This document shows positions 57,960-64,000 of a stretch of 64,000 nucleotides of DNA, piece by piece; the stretch's first letter is position 1, and the number at the start of each line of letters is the position of its first letter. The stretch is taken from assembly GCF_009914755.1 (NCBI RefSeq), contig NC_060930.1. One strand, given 5' to 3'. The notes below the pieces were generated by a model that saw nothing but the letters and a program-made list of their open reading frames with translations, was not told where the DNA came from and did no database searches. The translations under genes were made by a program, and so were the position numbers. Origin of the DNA: the human T2T-CHM13v2.0 reference genome, Homo sapiens.

Positions 57960-58135
57960 TTTGCAGTGACTCATTTGAAAAGGAAAAGGGGTCATTTCTA
58001 TTGCAACCCTTAAAACCTCCATTTCTCACAATGCTACTCTGATTATTTCAGATGTGTGAGTCATTGGCTCAGGTTATTTCATTTATGATTGTTTGCCTTA
58101 GCTACTTATTATTGAAATGCTTTGCAATCGAGAAT
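57960..58135. promoter_or_regulatory. Candidate AP-1/C/EBP enhancer
   Basis: TGACTCA at 57967-57973, TGAGTCA at 58057-58063, TTGCAAC and TTGCAAT nearby, in non-repeat sequence. Confidence 0.35.
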
Positions 58136-58685
58136 CTGAAACTTAAAATGCTAGGTTACTTTGTGATTTCTGCAAAGTAGCAACTCCCTGGATTGGAGTG
58201 TGGCAATAATGCAGCAAGGCCACTTCCTCTTCCTGTGTAATAATAAATGTATGCCTCGTGGTTATGTCTAAAAAACAGTTATTCTCATGTTTATGCTTTC
58301 ATACGTACAGGACAGACCAAAAATATCAAATGTAGGCCATTTGCTGCAGTCAGGAGTCATGAGCTACTATTAACAAACTTTTTTTATGTGTATCCATTTA
58401 TAGACAAAACATTAAAAGAGGACTCAAATTGTTTTGATACAGGAAAAGATTCTCTACTTCTTGTTCCAAAGGGCACTTGGTTTTAATGTCTCTGCTATAT
58501 CTTGTTAATATTGTTCTTTTGTTTTGTTTAGTTTTTAAGTTAATCTTCTCCCAAAGAATGTCCTCTGGAAAACAGAGTGACCTAATTACCCAATAATGAA
58601 ATCCATGTTTCTTATCCAAATGTTTAAGAAATTAATTTAGTCTTAGGGGTTTTGTTCAAGGAATCAGCATTATGTCAAATTCTAA

Positions 58686-59123
<438 letters not shown>

Positions 59124-60494
59124 CTCCATCTATCTTTTTAATGACCAATATCAAATATTTAGTTCTGAGCAGAGGAAGGATGCACTCTGATTGTGTGGTC
59201 TCAGATAATATAGCGCCCAGAAAACAGTTCCATTTTTCATGTATAAACATCAATGCACAAAAACAATTTTTACTAAAGATTCAAAGAGATTGCTATTTGA
59301 ACTGAAAAAAATTCCATATAATCTTTTGGCAGTGCTACATTTCTAATTATTACCTGGAATGAATTTCTGTACCTCTAATGTACAATGCTTTGGCAGTTTG
59401 TGCATAGGTATTTATCATCATATCCAAAATCAAACAGCTCTTGCTGATGTATATGATTGGAGGGAGAGTTCTGTAAAGGCTTCTCATCATTTTAGTATCC
59501 GGTGCTAAATTAGCTAATTTCTTTTATGTTATGAAGATGTATTCTTATTTTTCCCCCTGTCACTTTCCAGTTAATCTTTATGAAGACTAAGATGCCTGTA
59601 GCCTGTTTGCTACACTGCCCTGAGTTGTATGTAGGTCACAATTCTTGAGACAGAAATAGGATTCCATTTGGTGTTTATATCTTTGGCAGCTGCCTCATCA
59701 TCTTGTATCAGATCCAGGCCCTTGGGGATGGAGTCTTCCTCAACACAGATGGCACTCAGCATTGGAGTTCCCATCCACAGTTGCTCAGAAATATGGAGGA
59801 GCCATTTTCAAGTCATCTGAGCTCGGACTAAGAATTTGCCATACTGTGCACAGTGCTTCCTTCAGCTGTGAAGCCGTGCCAGTCTGTGGGTCAACTGGGA
59901 TGTCCCATTAGTCTCACCTCCTTCAGGAGGTTAACATTCACAGTCATGGGCAGGGTCTGCTTATTGCCTTGTCTTTACCACAAGGACTACAGATGCTCTA
60001 TGCTTTTTCTAAGCAGCATTTTGAAGGTGTCTCAGTAGCCCTGACCTCATTGTTTAGGGTTGGGAATTCTGCCACTTTTATAAAAAGTGAGTTGTTGAGG
60101 ATTTCTAGGACAAACTCAGCACTGTCCTCTGTCACACACAGAGGCTGGTGGAACGGGACTGTCACAGAGCACCTAGCATTATACAGAGTTGTACCAACAT
60201 ATGGTGCTGCATCTACTAGAACTTTAGCACATGGAGGGTCTTAGAGGTTCCAGCAAATGCCCACAGAAGGTGAACATGAGGCACACTCGGCTCAGCGAGC
60301 TGAGGAATATCCTGTCCTCTCAGCTGAGGGAGCCTCGCAGAAGGAACTGGGCCTTAGCATCTGTCTGAAGGAAGTTACAGGACCTAGCGAGCTGACAAAA
60401 GTAGAGAAGTTCTAGACCAGGTCTGTGGTTGCTGAGGGTATGGGTGACTTGACTCTCCTCCTCTTTCAGGTGTTACAGTAAAATTCACTAAATG

Positions 60495-61130
60495 GATTCT
60501 ATTCATTCAGCTACTCAACAAATATTTATCAAACTTAGTTGCATTTTACATCATGCGAGGCATCCTGCTAGGTGCTACAAAGGACACAAAGAGGAACAGG
60601 AGCCAGTCTCACCCTCCAGGACTTTTAATCTAGTGAGGTGCATGGAGCATGTCCACAAATAGCCACATGTCCAAGGAGAGGAGCAAAGAAAAACACGGTG
60701 GGGGTTCAGAGAAAGAAGCGATCCCTTCTGCTTAGGGGGTGAGCCCAGAAACTCTACCAAGGCTTTTCAGGAAGCGGTATTGAGCTGGAACTGGAAAGTT
60801 GGGAGCATCAACATGCTGAATGGGAGGTGCGGGTGTTCCAGACACGTGGGCTGGACAGGCAGCGCTGGCGGTGAGTGAAAGCGGGTGCCTGCCTGAGACG
60901 CCCAAATGTTAGGTGTGGCCATTGCTGGGATTCAGGAGGGGGCAGTGAGAGAGAGGGAGAGAAGGTGACTGTGGGGGACTTGGACACCAGATAAGGAGCT
61001 CGAGCTTCATTTGGTAGGAACGGCGGAAGCATGGAGGGCTTTTGAGCAGAGACACGTGTGATTGGAGCTGGCGGTGGTGGTTGGGACAGATTGAAGGAGG
61101 GGATCATGGTAGGCAGGTATGAGGTCACTG
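60495..61130 (-). mobile_element. L2 fragment
   Basis: 'attcattcagctactcaacaaatatttatc...tgctaggtgct...aggcttttcaggaagcggtattgagctgg'. Confidence 0.75.
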
Positions 61131-61135
61131 TTCTA

Positions 61136-61449
61136 GGCTGGGTGTGGTGGCTTATTCCTGTAATCCCAGCACTTTGGGAGGCTGAGGCAGGAGGATTACT
61201 CGAGCCCAGGAGTTTGAGACCAGCCTGGGCAACAAAGTGTTTCTACAAAACACACAAAAAATTAGCCAGGTGTGGTGGTGAGGACCTGTAGTTCCAGCCA
61301 CTCAGGAGGCTGAGCTGGGAGAATCTCTTGAGCCCCAGGAGTTCAAAGCTGCAGTGAGCCATGATCATACCACTGCACTCCAGCCTGGGCAGCAGAGTGA
61401 GGCCCTGTCTCCAGAAAGATAATAAATAAATAAATAAACAAACAAACAG
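61136..61449 (+). mobile_element. AluJ
   Basis: 'ggaggattactcgagcccaggagttt' and 'gagccatgatc'; TSD tcactgttc; (TAAA)(CAAA) tail. Confidence 0.92.
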
Positions 61450-62861
61450 ATCACTGTTCCAGCTGTCCCCCGGAGAGAAGACAAAGAGGGCTTCTGAGAG
61501 GAGGGACTGGAAGGCAAAACAGCGTGGAAGGAAGTCCCTGAGTGGGAGGAAGCTGGCCGTTTCTATTTAAGAAGAGGGAAAGAGGAAGACATTGCAAGTG
61601 GGCCATGCACCTAGGTTCCCCCGGGGCGTCCAAAGCACTCACCAATGCGAGTCTAGGTAGAGCCGGTTTAACCATCTCCTAGACCCAGAGCACATAGTCG
61701 CCTTGTAACAGAACTCTTCCTGTAGGCTCTTTCCTGCCTCCCTCTCTACTTCACCTGCTTTATTCTCCACCGTGGAGGGGCCAGAAACTGCAGCTGGCGA
61801 GCTGGGGTAGTGGAGGGGGCTTAACTTCACATCAAGGTAGAAGTTACCGTTATTCACTGGGATTATTACTCTTTCATTTGCTTAAATGGCACTGTTTGCT
61901 ACTTAAAGCGACAAGGACTTCCTATTACCTTCATATTATCATCAGAGAAGTCACTAGACCTGCCTGAGATTTCCTGCGGGGACAGGAGCAGGAGCAGGTT
62001 CCCAGGGAAACACAGACAGAGGCATTTCGGATCCATACCCTGATTTGTCCAAGTGCAACAGCCCACTACGCAGTTAGAGAACCCGGCAGGCAGTAGGCCT
62101 CCCCGCGTCAACTGGACTTTGCCTTTTCCTCCTTTCTGGGATGGCTCTGAACAAATCAGTGTGTGCTCAAGTGCAAATACCAATCTACAGTGTATTATCC
62201 CTGCAGTGAGAGTGTGGCAGGGGACATCCTGGTTAGGGGGTGGAGGTGATGAGAGGCCGCAGAGGCATCAGCCTGGGGAAGTGGGGTGGCTGTGGAAGAT
62301 CCCAACCCTGCAGAGAGTGCACTTGGGACAGGGAACGGTGGAGGGCAAAGCATGCTAGAACTTGCTGTAAGAGCAAGAGGCAGCCTTTGCAACTTTGAGC
62401 AGGTGGACTTTGCGGTCCACCAAGCTGCGTCTCAGACCCAAAAAGGAAAAAATAAGCACACCAAAGCCTAAGATCTACTAAGTCACCCTCACAGGAGGGT
62501 TCTGGCCATTCACAAGTAGCCATCCTTGGAGAAGCTCCATAGAGTTAAATCACAGCTGTCAACACCTGAGGTGGAACACTCTCTCCTAACCGGGTCTGTC
62601 TGGTTCACGTTGTCCAGCTGTGCCCTCGCTGAAACTGGCTTTGCTGTGCCAACATCATCTTCAAATTCATTAATCTTGAGAAGGGGGAAAAACGTGGGCT
62701 TGTTTTACTCACTGCCATTGTTCAAACTATGTCGAATTGTGAATTTAAGTTTTTTTGGAAAATTCTTTTCTACACAGTTGCTCTTTTCCCTAACCATTTT
62801 GTAACAAAAAATTCCCCCTAAAGTAGATTATTTTAGACTAAAATTATATGTATTCAGGGTT

Positions 62862-62896
62862 TATATATATAGCATATATAGATATATATGTATGTA

Positions 62897-62946
<50 letters not shown>
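62862..62946. repeat. Compound (TA)/(TG)n/(TA)n microsatellite
   Basis: About 11 TG units followed by about 14 TA units. Confidence 0.95.
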
Positions 62947-62950
<4 letters not shown>

Positions 62951-62989
62951 CATACCAGGGTAATTTCATGCCTTCAATGTAGACTGTGT

Positions 62990-63215
62990 TTCTTTTTTTA
63001 ACATTTTATTTGGAAATAATTTCAAACTTACAGAGAAGTTACAAGAATAAGAGTAGTACAAAGAACATCCATTCACCCTTTACCCAGATTCACCTCTTGC
63101 TAATACTTGATCCCATTTGCTCTGTTTAGACAATATTTTTTTGAGCTATTTGGGAGTAAGCTGCATTCATCATGGCACTTTATTCCTAAATACTTCGCTG
63201 TACATCTCCTCATGC
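62990..63215 (-). mobile_element. L1MC/ME-like 3'-end fragment
   Basis: 'ttttatttggaaataatttcaaacttacagagaagttacaagaataa...caccctttacccagattcacc'. Confidence 0.8.
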
Positions 63216-64000
63216 TAGGAAACTTGCACAGCCACAGTCCACATTGTCAACATCAGCGATTGCTCCAGGAAGCTGTGTCTAGGTCTGCAGGCCTCTTGAA
63301 GGCTGGTGCACTAATGTTCTATCACTTGTCTCAGCAAAGGGGATCACGGCTTGTGGCTCTCAAGTCCCAGACTCGTGCCAGCATCCGTTTGCCATCCATC
63401 AGAGACCTGAACAGCAGTGGGGTGCTGGTTCCCAGGGCTTCCAAGACCAAGAGCCCTGTCTGCTTCCTAGTCTTGAGCAGAGCTGAGCTTCCCAATCCTT
63501 TCTTCTCCAGCTCCCCATCTCTGTTTTGTCTTGAGAACATAGAAGAGAATCTTCTGATGAGGTGGGCAATCTAGCATTGTTTTCCACGCCAGATGTCCTA
63601 ATTCCGTGATTCTGCGTCATGTTCCCCAATGCCCATGATGTTATTTAATGTGGCGACAATGGACTGACTGTGGTCACTGCAGATCCCATCCTTCACTTAG
63701 GTCCAGGCATCTGACTGCATCAAGGGGCCACGGTAAGAACTGCTCCAGCTCTAGAATACCTGGATCTGAGACCAAATGTCAGACACTGGTTCCCAGGCTG
63801 GCTCGTGTAGAGTTTAGTCTGTCCCAGTGGCACTTCTCCCTGACTCATAACAATCCCTGCTTCACGTCAGCATGTCAGACTGACAGCAGTGAAAAGGTCG
63901 AGTTAAGAGTTGGGCCATGTTCATCCATTGATAGCTCAGATGCCCTCTGGAAAAGCATGAGATGATTCTATTCCAGCTGCTGAAATCCCTTAAATCTTCT

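Overview
This is 64 kb of human non-coding genomic DNA. A full-length AluYa5 carrying all five diagnostic substitutions (58828-59123) indicates Homo sapiens. I could not support any protein-coding gene, tRNA, rRNA or CRISPR array; the ORF track consists of Alu-derived, microsatellite-derived or chance ORFs. The window holds about 26 Alu/FLAM elements, old L1 and L2 fragments, MIRs, six MaLR (MLT1) solo LTRs and several simple repeats, separated by unique stretches with enhancer-like motif clusters. Retroelement orientation bias (18 of 26 Alus and 5 of 6 LTRs on the minus strand) suggests an intron of a large gene transcribed on the + strand, which I cannot name. I found no convincing novel multi-gene system. 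The best second-look items are a CpG-rich candidate alternative exon or promoter bracketed by inverted Alus (32.7-33.3 kb), a 56-bp minisatellite interrupted by an AluY (50.4-51.0 kb), a pure (TTTCA)12 Alu tail, a young AluYa5, nested Alus with parallel microhomology deletions, and a few palindromic or periodic TF-site arrays. Subfamily calls and boundaries of old repeats were made by eye and are approximate.
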